Shown piece after piece: positions 1-14,600 of a stretch of DNA of 60,267 nt. Origin of the DNA: Girardia tigrina (taxonomy: Eukaryota); NCBI GenBank assembly GCA_001938485.1, contig MQRK01221906.1, positions 1 to 60,267 of the forward strand, in the 5' to 3' direction. The translations under genes and the position numbers were made by a program. How positions within the stretch are numbered: the stretch's first letter is position 1; the number at the start of each line of letters is the position of its first letter. Below the pieces are notes generated by a model that did not search any database, had not been told where the DNA came from, and worked only from the letters and a program-made list of their open reading frames with translations.

Positions 1-342
1 GGGTCCAAAAAATGTTACATTTAATGGTAACATATTTGATATTTTGTCTGATGAAATAGGTAAAAGAATTCTGTACATCACATGTAATTCTCTTTTTTCT
101 ATACAATAACGCTCTTTCATTGATTCAGGATCTTTGAACACTTGGAATTGTATAGCTTTGCCGTCTTTTATAATTAGATAATCTATCCAGCATAAATAAT
201 AAAATGGTATCATCGTATAGGAAATTATCATCTCTTTGTAGAATGTTTCTGTTGTAAGTCTCACTGGTTTTAGAATAATAATGTCTTTGCCACGAGACAA
301 CCTGCTCACATAAGTCATAATATAGAACTGCACCTCACTGTA
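1..342 (-). CDS. Open reading frame running off the window start, unknown product
   Basis: Manual translation: no stop from 342 to 1 (ATG at 318; MTYVSRLSRGKDIIILKPVRLTTETFYKEM...NVTFFGP). Probably absent from the ORF track because it has no stop. No family recognised. Confidence 0.25.
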
Positions 343-384
343 CTACGGACCCTCTAATCTTCGATTCCCATTTTCATTAATCAA

Positions 385-716
385 TTATCGCAGGATATGT
401 TTATAGATAATAAGAGCGTCGCTCCAAGAGTTAGGAATTAAGCAGGGTATCGAAAACACACACAGAATAGACAAGCATGTTTGAAGAACATCACTATCAC
501 ACTCTTCACACACAGGCCCAAATACAAAGAACAACTAATCAAGCCAAGACTTTGTACAAAAGCAGAAGAAAGAAAATCACATACACACACAAAACATACG
601 AAAGTAGTGTTTCACACACCCAATGGTCAACCACCGATTACAGTCGCGAGGATTATCTAGAGAGACTGCAGTGCCAGAAGTTGAAGAAAAGCGTTGATAG
701 ATTTATTAGAAATTAA
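385..716 (+). mobile_element. Degenerate 3' end of a CR1/L2-like non-LTR retrotransposon
   Basis: Decayed resemblance to the CR1-type ORF2 C-terminus (ending KKSVDRFI), followed by an (AATTAA)-like tail. Confidence 0.25.
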
Positions 717-2377
717 AAATTAAAAATTAAAAAAACGATAATTTTGTTTTACGGTAATTAATGCTTACGTATTTTTTTCTTATTTAAATTTTTCTTAAAT
801 TATGTATCTTCTTATTTAATTTTTTTCTTAAATTAGTGGGCACAAGTTGTGCTGAACAACAATTACGATACTTGTACGATTGATATTAATGATTAATTAA
901 TCAATTAATCTTTTATTTTTTAACGATTACAATTTTCTCACTTAATCAACATTTTCATTTACTTCTTCATTATAATTACTACATTCTTTAAACATGCTTT
1001 TGAAATTAAGCACAAATTCACTGAAAAACGAAGTAAGAAAATTCGGTCAAATAAAATCTAATAACCGGAAGTACTTAACTGAAAAACACAAATCAAAAAA
1101 TTGTCATTGCTAAGTAAGTAACAGTAAAGAATTTGTACATATCTGGTCAGAGATAAATCTTCCAGCCCATTGGCAGTTTTAATTAAATTAAGCATCATTT
1201 TAACATTCTGTTATGGTCAGCATTTCTGGTCAGATTTTTCTTCGTTTTATTTTATGTGAAATATTTTTCCCATTCACAAGCATCGCCCCCCATGCTACGC
1301 CACTGCATGTTGCCTCTTCATGATTATGTTGCTGAAATCAAAATTTATTACACCAGATTAAAATTTTTATTGAAAATATTTTTATGAGTTAAATAATTCA
1401 AATTGTATAAAGTTATCAATATTAAAATCATTATTTCTTCTAGATAAAATTCCCAATAAATAATGTGTATTTTATTAATTTTTAAACCATGAAGAATATG
1501 GATTAATAGGAAATATTTAATGGAAACAAATTTTTAGTATATTTAGTAAATGTTAGTAAATTTTTAGTACGGAAAGTTTTTGAAATTATTTCGAGGGGAT
1601 TGATCCTCTATATCCCCCTTAACTACGTCCCTGACATTCTTTAATCAACGACTTCACTTTGGGGCCTTACCTGAACTTTTCGGATAAAAGTTGACTCGTG
1701 AATAGATCCATAGTAGCTTTAGTGGCCATATTTGTTAAACCAATATCTTATTGCGTCGAAATAAATATATAAATTATAACACATTTTAATAATCATTTTG
1801 CAACTCTCGATATTCTGAATCATTCAATTAAAATATTTTTATACTTTTTATATCTCATTAAAATTTATTATTGGATATATTATTTTTAAAAAAAGATTTT
1901 CACTTTTTATTTTTGATTTTTCCTAAAAAAAATACAAAAAAACTAATACAAAAAATACCAATCTTAAATTTTACAAAAATAGTTACGTTATAAACTTTAA
2001 TTTTAATTATTTTACATCGATCATAAATTTTCAAAATTAACAAATATTCAATCCGCTCTAAATTTTAATTATGCTTTTTTTAAATCTACTTTAAATTTGA
2101 TAATTACTTAAATCTCGACCTGGTGAAAGGTAATTTAAATATTCCTTAACATTTTACTACAAATTATTTATAATTTTCTACTAAATCAAATTTTATCATT
2201 TCATGAGCCCAAAAACATTGAGAGTCTTAGCTGCGGTCAGACTTTGAGTTCTCCGTCAAGTGCTGATTGGAATTTGAGCGTAAGTGTCTAACTGTCGTCC
2301 TTTGCCAGCGACACTTGCCTATTTGCTTTCACTCAGACTTCAATGGATTTAAAATATATTTGCAAAAATATTTGTAA

Positions 2378-2381
<4 letters not shown>

Positions 2382-2419
<38 letters not shown>
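2382..2419. repeat. (TA)n microsatellite
   Basis: Direct reading of the TA run. Confidence 0.95.
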
Positions 2420-2423
<4 letters not shown>

Positions 2424-5400
2424 TTTCTGAGAATTTTACTGCTTAGTATAATTTTTTATGATTTTAAACCTTGCCCGGTCGAAGGTTGGACACCCTTAGC
2501 TGGTATTTAAAGCATGAAAGGTATTTGAAGAACTTTTTTAAAATTTTTTAGAGAATTAAACTCTGTATTCTTCACACAATTACAAAAAATAAACTATTGA
2601 TTAAAACAAAATAAATCTTATTTTATGAAAAAATATTTATTAATAGTTAAAAATTTTTAAAGTCAAAGAACTTATCAAATAAATTATCAGATTTTTAAAT
2701 TGGTAAAACTAAAAAAATGTAATAAATTATTTTTGAAAAATAAAATAAAAATGAAAAAATAAAAAAAAACCAAAGTATAAGAGCAATATGATTATATGAT
2801 TTATTTGCAATTATTAGAGATAAACAAAAAAAATGGTAAATGTCATTAGAGCAAATAAAAAATGAAAATATCGTCGGTGAAATATTGGGAAAATTTCCAG
2901 GAGGTAGTTACCAACCCATAACTCAATCAGTCTTTGGGTGGTCTCAAGTAACCTCCACTTCCGTATTTTATATTCCAGTCCCTAATGACATGCATACCTC
3001 CCCGTTATTGAATCCGATAATCTTTCTCTTCATATAATTCCGGCCCAATTCAACTCATATCCGTCATTGGTGTTGGGAGAAAGACTATCAAACACTTTCA
3101 TTGTTTTCCGACAGATAATTAGCACATGATTTTTTTAACAATTGTTTATTCCTCTCTTTTATATGATAAAAATTCCCAATCACTAGAGAATCTTATCAAA
3201 ACAATCATCAAACATTCCGACATTACCGACATCGTAATCGTTTGATATGGAGAGATTGTGAAGACAAAATAACGTTATGAATTAGCTAAAGACACTTATG
3301 ATCGACCATAAATCTACATCTTTCAATTGTTTGTGAAGTATTTACAGAAATTTATTAATTTTATTCGCAAGATCATTCATTTATAAAATTGTAATACTAA
3401 TAATAATTATTATTAAGCGTATCGTGCAACACCGGAAAGCGGTTTACGAAGACAATGATGGCTGTCCACAGAGTACAATCCGTTTAACATTTGATCGAAA
3501 GAGAGTTCTTAAAACGTGGGCAAAGGCAATTTTAATTAATTTAACCCAGTTCAACAAGGATCATAAATGAGAAAATTGCAATAGACAAATACCCATTAAT
3601 AAATAACAATAATTTACGTTGGCCAACCAGAATGAAATCAGAAATGCGACATTCAACACTGTTGAGGAATAGCGTTAGAGTTGATGCCAATGTTTAGGAT
3701 GTATACTTATTCCCATCCAACAATAAATATAAATAATGTTTGTGGTCGATGAAATACAATTCGTAGTTTTATTCTGTCCATCCTTCACTTCTAATACGGT
3801 AGATTTGGGTATCTTATTTTTCAGCCTTTCGAAATTCTCAAAGTGACTTACCGCAAGAAAGTGTACCATTCATCTGACCAGGGGGTTATTCTAAGGTCTT
3901 GATTGCAAATTTAATGGTAGGATCAATCATATTTTATATAATTTCTGCAGTTATTCTTTTGAAGAATTATTTGTATTTCACTGTTCAATTCGATGACATT
4001 CTTTAATAAATGATAATGTTTTCTTGAATTTCGAGTCATTTTATGAAACAATTGAAACTTGGTAAAATTATTAATGAAAGAATCGACCCTTATGGCGAAC
4101 GTTTAAACCTTGATGACTTAGAAGTTGTCAAGAAATTATCAATCACTTGCTAGGGGACGAAACTGCAAATATTTCTTGAAGGGAGCTGTATTAATTTGTT
4201 CTAAAAAACACTTATAAATAAAAATTAATTAAACATTACTTTAGGTATTTAAAATAAAAGTATTGAAGATGGTTTTTTGTGGAGATAAAATTATAAAACA
4301 AGAGTTTGGAAGGGTTGCTTAAAATGGCAGGAAAGGAAGACATTGTTCATTGTAAGGGAACAAATAAAAATTCAAATGCCTATTTTTTCATTAAAATTTT
4401 TCGAAACTCTTTAGTTTTTGTAGATGTATTTATTAAATTTTTGGCAGAATGGTTTTGTTCTATCGTAACGGTAACCTTCATTAATTGATGTACCTCCAAA
4501 CTTACGGGATTCTAACATTTCAGGACTTTGTAAATAAATATAGTTTTATAGATGACTTATCACCATATAGTTTCATATAGATGATATATCTCAAGTCATC
4601 TGGAATCCCCAGTTTAAATCAGTCAGTTCCTTCTCAAAAGGGCACAGAAAATGACAACATTTTGTAGTTTTTAAAAAAGTTCTGAGTTTTTTTTGTGGCG
4701 AGTTAAATAGAACAAATTCGCAAAATATGGCGTTTTTCCTACTTTTAGGATGTTCCGGTAACCCTGTACAGAATTATAGAAATTATTCCATTTCTTTGAA
4801 AAATTTTTGAAACATTTTTATAATTTAGAAAGATCTGTACGTAATAGGAACCTTTTTCTTACTGAGTGATTTGCTTTTTTGAATACTTTTTCAATTCATT
4901 ATCTAACTTACAACATGACTATGTACAAAATTTTCTTTAATTCTTATATAAATATATATGGATGAAACATGCTCTCTGAATATGGGATTTTAATAAGGGT
5001 TCTGTGAACATAGGTTAAGTTCAGGCTTTGGTAAAAGTGTAACGTTCATGTGTTGAAAATGGAAAGTTGTATTCCCCATCAACATGAATTGATGAAAATG
5101 ACTTACAGGCACTCACGAAGATAATACTTATAATTAAAAAATAATGAATGGTTTAAACTAAGTTAATGAAAATTTGCCTAAATATTGATTGCTAATTTGA
5201 TTTAAGACTACAATGAGAACTACAAATTTACTTTTTTTTATTTTTTCATTTTTACTACGTTTTTATACACTCGCTCGGTTCCTGTCTGTTCGGATGGAAT
5301 TTTGCGACATAGACCTCCAAGGAATCTACGTGAGCGAAAAAAAATTGGGGGTCTGTTGTTTTTCTTAGCAGGGGGTTTACCTAAAACCGAAAATCATGAC

Positions 5401-6299
5401 AAGGGGTCTACTGTCATTTTCCTGTTGTTTGCAAAGTTTATTTACAAAAATGGGGTAAAATTTAAAACTCTTCCTGAAACTACCAAAACTTTCTTACATA
5501 ATTCTAATACTTTTATCATTGTAATTATAAACTGAAAAAAATCTTCTAGTGAGCTTCCCTCTATTATTTTATTATTTATATTTATATTGCATCTGTGGTG
5601 GGTATTCAAAACTGGAAATGTTGAATGAACTATTGAATGGGTTACAGAAAAATGACTTCGATGACTTGCAGGGGTCCCTTGAGACCACCATAAATATGGA
5701 TTTTATATGTTTTTATCTACTAAATCTAATTTTGTATAAAATTTGTTTTAATAGTACTAAAAATTGATAGGTCCAATGTTTTACTGCAATTGTCATTCGA
5801 GTATAATGGTCCTAGACAAGGGAATCAGAATGATTTGAAACATTTTGATTAACATAATATTATTATTTTAATTATAAAATAAATTTACGGTTGGAGTCGC
5901 CACGATATATGGAGTTGTACTAAAGGGTCGTTTTACAAAGAAGCTTAAGAACCCCCCGGGTTGAAGAAAGAAAATGATAATCTTACATGAACCCAAAGAA
6001 CCAGTTAATTCATCAAAAGTTGTTTAGGTAAAAGTATATGAATTACATTAACAAATGACTACAATATGTAGCACTCATTAATCTTGTTCTGAAATATATA
6101 AAAAATAGATAAACAATAATAAAAGAAATAAGCACCTGATGTATATTTTAGAGGAATTAATAAATTGTAATATAATGTTAGTTAATGCTCAAATATTGTT
6201 GAATTAAACGTAATAAAAATAGGTCGACTATCGACTATATTAGTCGGCCTATCGTTCAGGATCTTTATTTTTTCATGATAAAGCCTATGACTTTATGAG

Positions 6300-6500
6300 G
6301 TTAAATAGTTCATTGTATAATCCAGATCTTGCTCTTAACGAGTTTTTGCCGTTCAGTTACCTGAAGTGAGACTTGTGTACAAATACATTCGAATAAAAGA
6401 AGAGTTAAATGAGCAAGTGATGATTTTTTCAAACAAAAAGATACAAAATTCTTCGAAATGGGGTTCCATACAATGGAAGAGCATTATAGGAAGTGATTTC
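6300..6500 (+). mobile_element. Mariner transposase C-terminal remnant
   Basis: tat aat cca gat ctt gct ctt aac gag ttt ttg ccg ttc agt tac ctg aag = YNPDLALNEFLPFSYLK, a decayed YSPDLAPSDF.LF..LK motif. Confidence 0.55.
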
Positions 6501-8611
6501 AGATAATCAGCTAAATAACAAAACTAACAGATACTTTAACTTTTAACATTATATTATATCGTCTAGTCATGTAATTTGTGAAGCATAACATTTTTTCTTC
6601 CAGGACTATACAATATGGTATACAATGTGAAGAATCAGCCATCATGAATAACCTTTTCCAGCAATTGTTAATGAGGTTACTCCTCACTGATGAATGTAAG
6701 TTTGCTCAGAAGTCAACTGTTATTTATTTATAACCAAAATCTAATCAAATAACTTGTAATTTATCTTCATCAAATGTCAAACATAAATTTGTATTTCTTT
6801 TGAATTTGATGAAAACAACGATTTATGATATTTGTTGGAGTTATAGCGACTCTATTTTGTTAGAAATTCAAGTACGAACCTGTCACACTAAAATCAACAT
6901 GGTTTTTCTGTTCTGTGGTAAAGTGAAAAACCAGTTATACCATTTGCCGATGCTTAGTTGACATTGACCTTTGATGTTTTGAAGCAACAAATGTCACCAG
7001 AAATTCATTTTCAAGTCAAGAAGCGTCTTGTTTGTTTACTGATTGACGTGGACAAATATTTCAACTCCCTTCCAAATGTGTCACGGAAGGAAACTAAATT
7101 TGGTTGTATCATCAAGTTTCTAGGATACGAAACTTAAATTTTAAGAATAAAGAAGATGGTTTTCTGATAAATTTATTCTCCTTATTATTTAGGTAAACTA
7201 CGTAATAATTTTTAATTAATATTAAAATTTAACGTTAATTAACAAAATCGGTTATATAATAAATGAATAAAACTGAAAGTCATATATCTGTGACGCAACG
7301 GATTTCCGCTTGAATAGTGAAAAGAGATTTCCCACAAGCTTTTGTTACTCAATGTCTTATAGTTACTAGTTTATGTAACCCATGAACTATTGTCGACCGT
7401 AACTGATTCCGAATATCTTTTTGTTATAAATTATGGTGGTTTCTGAAAAAAATAAATTTAGAACGTTTTTCTTACTTTATATTTTATAAAATGTCATTTT
7501 TTTTCAATTTTAAAAAATAATGAAAAAGAATATTTGAAATAAAAATAAATAAAACAATTTCAATCTCGAGTAATAAAAAAATAAAAGAAATAAATCATTT
7601 ATTCAATAAAAAATTCGTCTCATAAAATTTTGGAAAGTAATTTTCTATTTGATAAACAATTAAAAGTATTTTGTGCGAAATAATTTCATTCGTTGAAATT
7701 TTTAAAAGAAAAGGAAAATTAACCAATCAGATTAAAGAGATTTTTTATAGGGAAATTTTTACGGTTTGATTTACTTCTTTTTATTTAGATATATTTTAAA
7801 CCATGTTAATAGATATAATTTGATTTATTCTTCTTTTTTTCGGGTAAAAATTTTTCGTTTGCTTTAATATTATTTTAAATATTTAATTTAATTTATGAAA
7901 CAATTAATTTTAAATAAAAAAATAATTTAGTAAAAAAGAAAATTCGTCAATTGTTATTTTTTTCAATTATTAAAAATAGTATTTTTCAAAAAAAAATTTA
8001 AAATTACTAATAAATTTAAATATTGAAAAATTAGAAAAAAAATTGTAAAAATAATATATTAAATATTAATATATTTTTTCAATATTTTATATAATTTTTA
8101 AAAATTATTTTAAACTTTAAATTTGAGATTAATTTGTACAAATATTGTGATTAATTTCGAAATCCATGATAACAATATTATTGTTTTAATAGATAATAAT
8201 GATTATTTATTTAAACAGTTTATTACACTTTGTCATAATGATACTTTTTACCAGACAGTTCGAAGTTCGTTTTATTTTGTTTTATTAAAATTGTAAAATT
8301 ATTATTTTCGATGTGGAAAAGAAATTCAATTGTGCGATAATAATTGTAATACAAATAATAAGCTTTTGGGGAAATGATGTAATCGCTTGAGTCATCTTTA
8401 TTTTGATTGGTCCGTTTATGTTGTTCAGCAAGATCTCATTGGTTGTTCACAGCAAATAGTTGGCGAACTTTTACATGAATTTAATTCTAATAATATTATA
8501 ATATAATTGATAAAATCATTTAAATTAAATTTATTTTATAAATTAATTAATCCATTTTTTTGATTTAAACATTAGTTTTAGATTTGAGTCTTATATTTGC
8601 ATGTCTACACA

Positions 8612-11600
8612 ATGATAGAAGCATATGATTGTAATAAAAGAAACGATATTAACAAAGATCCTTATAAAGAACAAATGCAGAATTTTGTGGACAAAAAATG
8701 CTTACCTCAAGTAGAACTATGCCAATGGGAATTATGTGATCGGGAATTTTCAGATAACAATTTACTCGTCAATGTAAGTACCTCTTTGTTAAGTAGGAAG
8801 CCTTGTTTATTGGGTTTGTTCTTCTTTTCTAGCATATTTTCACTAAACATATCAGTACGAGTAAGAAACCGAATTATATTTGCCACTGGGAAAATTGCGT
8901 CAGGAATGGAAAACCTTTCAAAGCTCAATATATGCTGGTGGTTCATATGCGTCGCCATACCGGTGAAAAACCTCATAAATGTGAAGTAATTTCCATGAAA
9001 GCTATATGAATTGTACTAATATATATATATATATTCAGTATTTGAATTGTACCAAACGGTATTCAAGATTGGAGAATTTAAAGACTCACATTCGAACACA
9101 TACCGGTGAAAAGCCTTATAACTGCGAATTTGCGTCTTGTGGAAAGAAGTTTAGTAATGCCTCGGATAGAGCTAAACATCAAAATCGAACTCACAGTAAT
9201 TTGAAGCCATATTATTGTAAAGTTATGGGATGTGTAAAGAGATACACGGACCCAAGTTCTTTGAGGAAACACGTTAAAACGAATCATGGAAACAAAGTAA
9301 GACTTTAAAAGTTCGAGAAGACTTTTAAGCCATACGTACCAAGACATAAATTGAACAACAAAAATGAATCTTAATGTTTTCTAACTAGGAATATGATAAG
9401 TCTGCTCATTTTTGTTTTAGATTAGAAGATATAATTTTTTTTCTTATGACTTCGGAAGAGAATCATAGTAGAAAGTAGACTCAGTACAATATTCATAAAA
9501 TATCCATAAAATATCTTTTGGAAATAAGTTTAATAAATTTGACAACTTTTACTTTATCGATGGTAATAAAGGTACTTAATATATACCAAATAAATCACTC
9601 ACTGCGATCATGAAGATTAATAAAACTAAGCTTAAGGAACTTTAATGAAGACCATGTCTTAACGAGATAATTATTATCGTTATAATCTATTCATTTAACA
9701 CATCTTTCAATTGATACTTCATATTTTAGGTATACACAGAAAAAATGTTACGGGGAGAAAGTTGGAGTGATAGAATGAATGGAAATCTTGTGGAAAGAAA
9801 ACCAACCTTTCATCCTGGTCTACTTGACCATGGAAGTGATGTTAGTGGTATCATAACTTTATTAAAATAACTTATATTTTTAAAACTTATTTTAATCAAT
9901 GAATTTCCAAAAATTATGTCCAAGATCTCGAAACCAAATTCCATACTGAAAAAAAACCATAAAAAATTCATTATGAATAAAGAAAAGGTTTTACAAAAGG
10001 ACCTTTGGTCTACATGGGAATTTTTTTCGTCCATATGGGGTTATGTCCATTATACTTTAGTCATTCAACCCTTTATACATTTTATAATTATAAACTGATT
10101 ATAAAATATAAATAGTTGTCTATGTTTCTGATATAAGCTGAGACCACCTACCGAAGATTTGAGACATTTTTATATTGGTGATCGGTTTCGGTTAATAAGG
10201 GTCGGGTTTGAAAACTGTGTCCGATTTTCTTTATTTTCTTCAATAACTTTCTTGGAATAATCTAAAATGATCTTTCAAAAAAAGATATATATTTATTTAA
10301 ATATTTCAAAGGTTTACTCAAAACTGTCTTAAATTTTTTGGAACACAATTTTTAATTATCTGCATTTGTATTTTTCGAATAAATACGATGTTTACGAAAG
10401 ATGTGTTATCACCCATTTTTTCAATTTCCCTAGTTTTAATTATGAAAAACAAAATTTATAAAAGTTGAACCTTCCATACCCTTCAGCTAGTGTCAGGGTC
10501 GCCGCGTACAATTGTTCATATTGTGCCCCGCACAAGGGCGCCGAGTGAAAAAGGCGCCGGCAGGCGCCTCTTTCACTCGGCGCCACCTCAATAAATAAAA
10601 AAAATTAAAATTAAATATAAAAAAATTAAATGATAAAAAAGAAAAAGTGACAAATATGGAATTATTAGAGAGTAAATATGTAAAAAGTATTTTGATTTTT
10701 GAGTGATGAATAATTATAAAGTAAACTAATTCTTAATATATGTTTGAGACAAGCAAATTTTATTGATTGCTTAAATTTAGTATTATATATTGTATGTATA
10801 TAACCCATGCCTGTATATTATCGTATTATATAACCTGTAATTATTTTATAAAATAAAAGTATTCATTGGAAATATTCTAATGATTAAATTCATAACAAGT
10901 CATAGTTTTTGACATGGGGGTTCAGTTCAGGGAAGGGCGCTGAAAATAATCTGGCACAAAGGCGCCTCTTACCCACGCGGCGGCCCTGGCTAGGGTATAG
11001 CAAATTTCCCATAATATTAAGAGATATTACCTTATTTTTGCTTGCACTGTCATACTTCTACTAAAAGACATCCTTTTGTTACTAGTGCCGGTCACTATAA
11101 TATTTTTATTTAATATATTATTTTTCAACACCTATTTCATCAGCATTTCAAGATTACACGAAAGAAAAAAAAGACAATTTGTAGTCATATATTAATATTT
11201 TTAACCTCTGATTAACCTACATTGTTTCAATTATTACAATTTTTTGAACGCCACTTTTTAATTAATTAATTAGTTTAATTTGATTAATCAGTTTTATCTT
11301 AAAGAAAACTCTCATTAGTTTAGAATGATTAAAGTAATGATTATGCGATCAATACCGTCATCAGGTTATATTTGACGATCAAAGAAGCTAAGTATGGTGT
11401 TCATTGATCTTATGTTTTTATAATTTTTAAAATAATTACACAAAATGTTAAAATTATTTTCTTCTTTTTTTTCTTTTTACCATATAAATTATGCTCATCA
11501 ATATTACTCACAAAGTCGAATCACTTTCAAATTATTTAGTCATTGACTTGATGTCTTACAATTGATCCGAAATTAATATTCAAGTCTCACTCAAAGTCTC

Positions 11601-14600
11601 TGCTAAATATGTTTAAATTGACCTAGTGATATTCTTGATCGCATAACCATTACTTCAAACTAGGAGCTACCAAAGTAATGCTACTTTTGTTTGAGGAAGG
11701 GACTGGTTGATCTCCTGAAATTAATTACATAAATTTATTTTGAAAAACGGCGTTATCCAAAACTCAACAGAATCATGGTACGAGTGATCATAACTGGTCC
11801 CTTCTGACTTGGAAACAGAAACGTGGCCATGCACTGAAAGCTCGCATTTTGGCATCCAGTGTTTCTTTCAGCCTAACGGTTTTGGCGGGGGGGAACTCGT
11901 TTTCTAGGAGGTGTTAGAATTTCGTTGTTTTTTAATTGATTGCATGAGTTGGTATTACAACTATATAGTTAACCTTGATATACAATTAGCAAGTCAACAC
12001 AAACACCAAAGGTAAAAGATTTATTAGTAACTAATGTACAATATAGTATTAACCCATAAAAGGGATGCAAATTCGACTCTCCTTTTGTCTACACCAAATA
12101 CGAAGAATTTCCCACGCTTCCTCATCAGAAAGTGTATCCTTTTCATCGATGGAAATGAGCATACAAGCTTTTAGATTTGAGAGAGTGAGTCGCTGTTTAA
12201 GTCGCGTTTCGATCTGGTTCATTTGACTAAAGGACCTCTCGACAATAGGCGTACCCAAAGGACACAGGAGAATAATGGAAGCTAATATTGAAAGATTTGG
12301 AATTTTTTTTGTAGTTGCCTCTGTATTTTACAACTCCTGAAAACTTATAAAGATTTCTTTTGACTCACCATTAAGGTCAAGATAACGAAGACAAACTAAC
12401 AGAGTAGTTCTTCCTAGCAGATCAGTCGTCTCATCATCCATGACAGACAGATAGGGCACACCAAATATTGAATGGTTTCAGTTGGTTTTTTAAAAAGACT
12501 CGCATGTGTTCTTTGAAATCAATAAGAAACTCACAAGGAATGTTGTGGGACATATAAGTAGCATTTTGAGGACGGAGCTCCTGTCATTGCTTCATGCGCC
12601 CACTACCATCGAGCTCAGTGCACAGATTCAGTAGTCTGCCCTACTTTGTATTGTGCGGTATTTCCTCTTAAAGCAGCCAATATGATACCTTTAAATAGTC
12701 TACTAGACGATCTTGATTCTCTTGCATAACGGATTCACTTGCTATGTGTAATTGATTGAAAACATTCCCATGAACTCCCCCTTTACTTTTAAGTGTGTAT
12801 GTGTGCTATTGTTTTAATTCATTATTTGCATAATATGTCATTATATGAGTGTCATTACTCGAAAACATTCGGGTGTTTATTGCTAAATATGGCTTATAAT
12901 TGGAAATTTTTTTGGGGGGGGGATTCTTAAAATTTTTGGAGTTAATGTTAACCCCCGTACAGGGCTAGAAGAAACACTACTTGCATCTAAAGCCGTGTGA
13001 GAAAGTCAGTAGACTCTGTATTGTCGACTTATGGTTTAAAGCCGATACAGAGTCTATGACTCACTACTCTGTACGCCAATGCTGGTACTGTAGTCGCTAC
13101 GATACTCAGTTATCTGTCTAGTCGGGAGAGGCTTATATAATAATTATAATTTTCCACTATTTGTAAAATTCATAATTGTTTTAATTATTGATGAACTCTT
13201 AACTCTGTTTATTTTTTTCATATTTTCTTTCATTTTTTTATATTTTTGTAATGTTTATTTTATACCAATATTTATTTAAAATAACTTCCTTTTATTGTAG
13301 ATAATTGATTTTGAAGATAGAAAACTTCCGGATTTATTGTTTCAATTAAAAGATCCTTTTTGGAAAAGTAAAATTTTTACTTTATAATTTGATATTGTGG
13401 TAATATTCTTTATTCTTTTGTTTACTACATTACTGCATGTTCAGTGTAATAAAATAAAAGGGTTTATTGTCATTTATATAGTTGAAAAACCTTTACATAA
13501 AACATTTCAAAAAGCAGGCTCACATGGATTTTAACAACAATTCTGCTTCAATTATATCAAAATTGAAAAAACTGATTTAAACTCGAATGAGTATGCTCAA
13601 CAATTCTAGTACGCAGATAATAACTTATTTTTCCATTGAAGGAGGATTCACTCTTGTGACATTTGAATTTATAAATGGACTTTCCATAATTTACAAAGGA
13701 GTTTTTGATTTATTAGAGAAATGGTTTCAACCTTTCTTAGTCTAAAATATAACCATAAATCTTAAATCATGATTTTCTTAAATCATTCGATTTTCTAGGA
13801 ATCATTTAACCTCTTTTTCCCTCTCTGACAACGGTAAATTGTAGATTAATAGTCATTTGATTTTTGAATTTCATTAAAATTTTCGATTTAGTAGTTGATT
13901 TTAAATATATGGATTCAATAATGTGTTTTATAGTTTAATAACTGGTCTTGTACAAGTCTGGTCTTGGACAACAAGATTGTAATGGATGTTCATTTTCTTA
14001 GGAGTAACAAGTTTATATGTACATTTTAACGTTCTTCAAAATATAAAAGAAAAGTAATGTTTCTTTTTATTTTTTTCATATTCAAGAAGACTTTTATATT
14101 TTACTAACTACTTTTAATTATAAGTCAATTTAGGTGGGTACAAATGAGGTTAATGAGAGTCCCATGTCGGTATACCACGTTGTAAAGAGTTTCGCCTTAT
14201 AATTTAGGTATCGAGATATTCCCCAAAGAAATCAATTTATTTGTGATTGGATTTTGATAATTTTATCCTCTCAAACTGCCCTCAAATAGAAGCTCATGGC
14301 CTTTATTTGAACATGGGTTTCTATTTGGTATGTGTACATAAGAAAGAAAAAATAGCAAAATATGATTTTTTTGAAACAATAATTCATTATCACTGTTATT
14401 AATATCAGATTCATTATTTTCACAATTTGACTGATTATCACCCGCAAATAATTCTTATTTTAAACTTCATCATTTCCAACACCTGTGTCGTTGACATGGA
14501 GAATAGTTTTATCATTAAGAATACTTTATAATTTCTGATTTACCTTTTGCATTAAAAACTTTCAGTTCATTTGAAGCAACAACACAACAACCATCTCAAA

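Noticed and set aside
1281-1633. Two hAT-like termini (gctacgccactg, actacgtccctg)
   Set aside because: Both are right ends in the same orientation with no partner TIR or TSD.
2840-4150. Coding-like and Penelope GIY-YIG-like fragments (also at 28200-28340 and 30310-30440)
   Set aside because: Multiple stops and only faint motif similarity; not supportable by eye.
8597-9308. Track ORFs 8597-8989 and 9006-9308 as separate genes
   Set aside because: They are intron read-throughs of GLI exons.
11340-11370. CTGATGA-stem motif on - (possible hammerhead)
   Set aside because: No GAAA after stem II.
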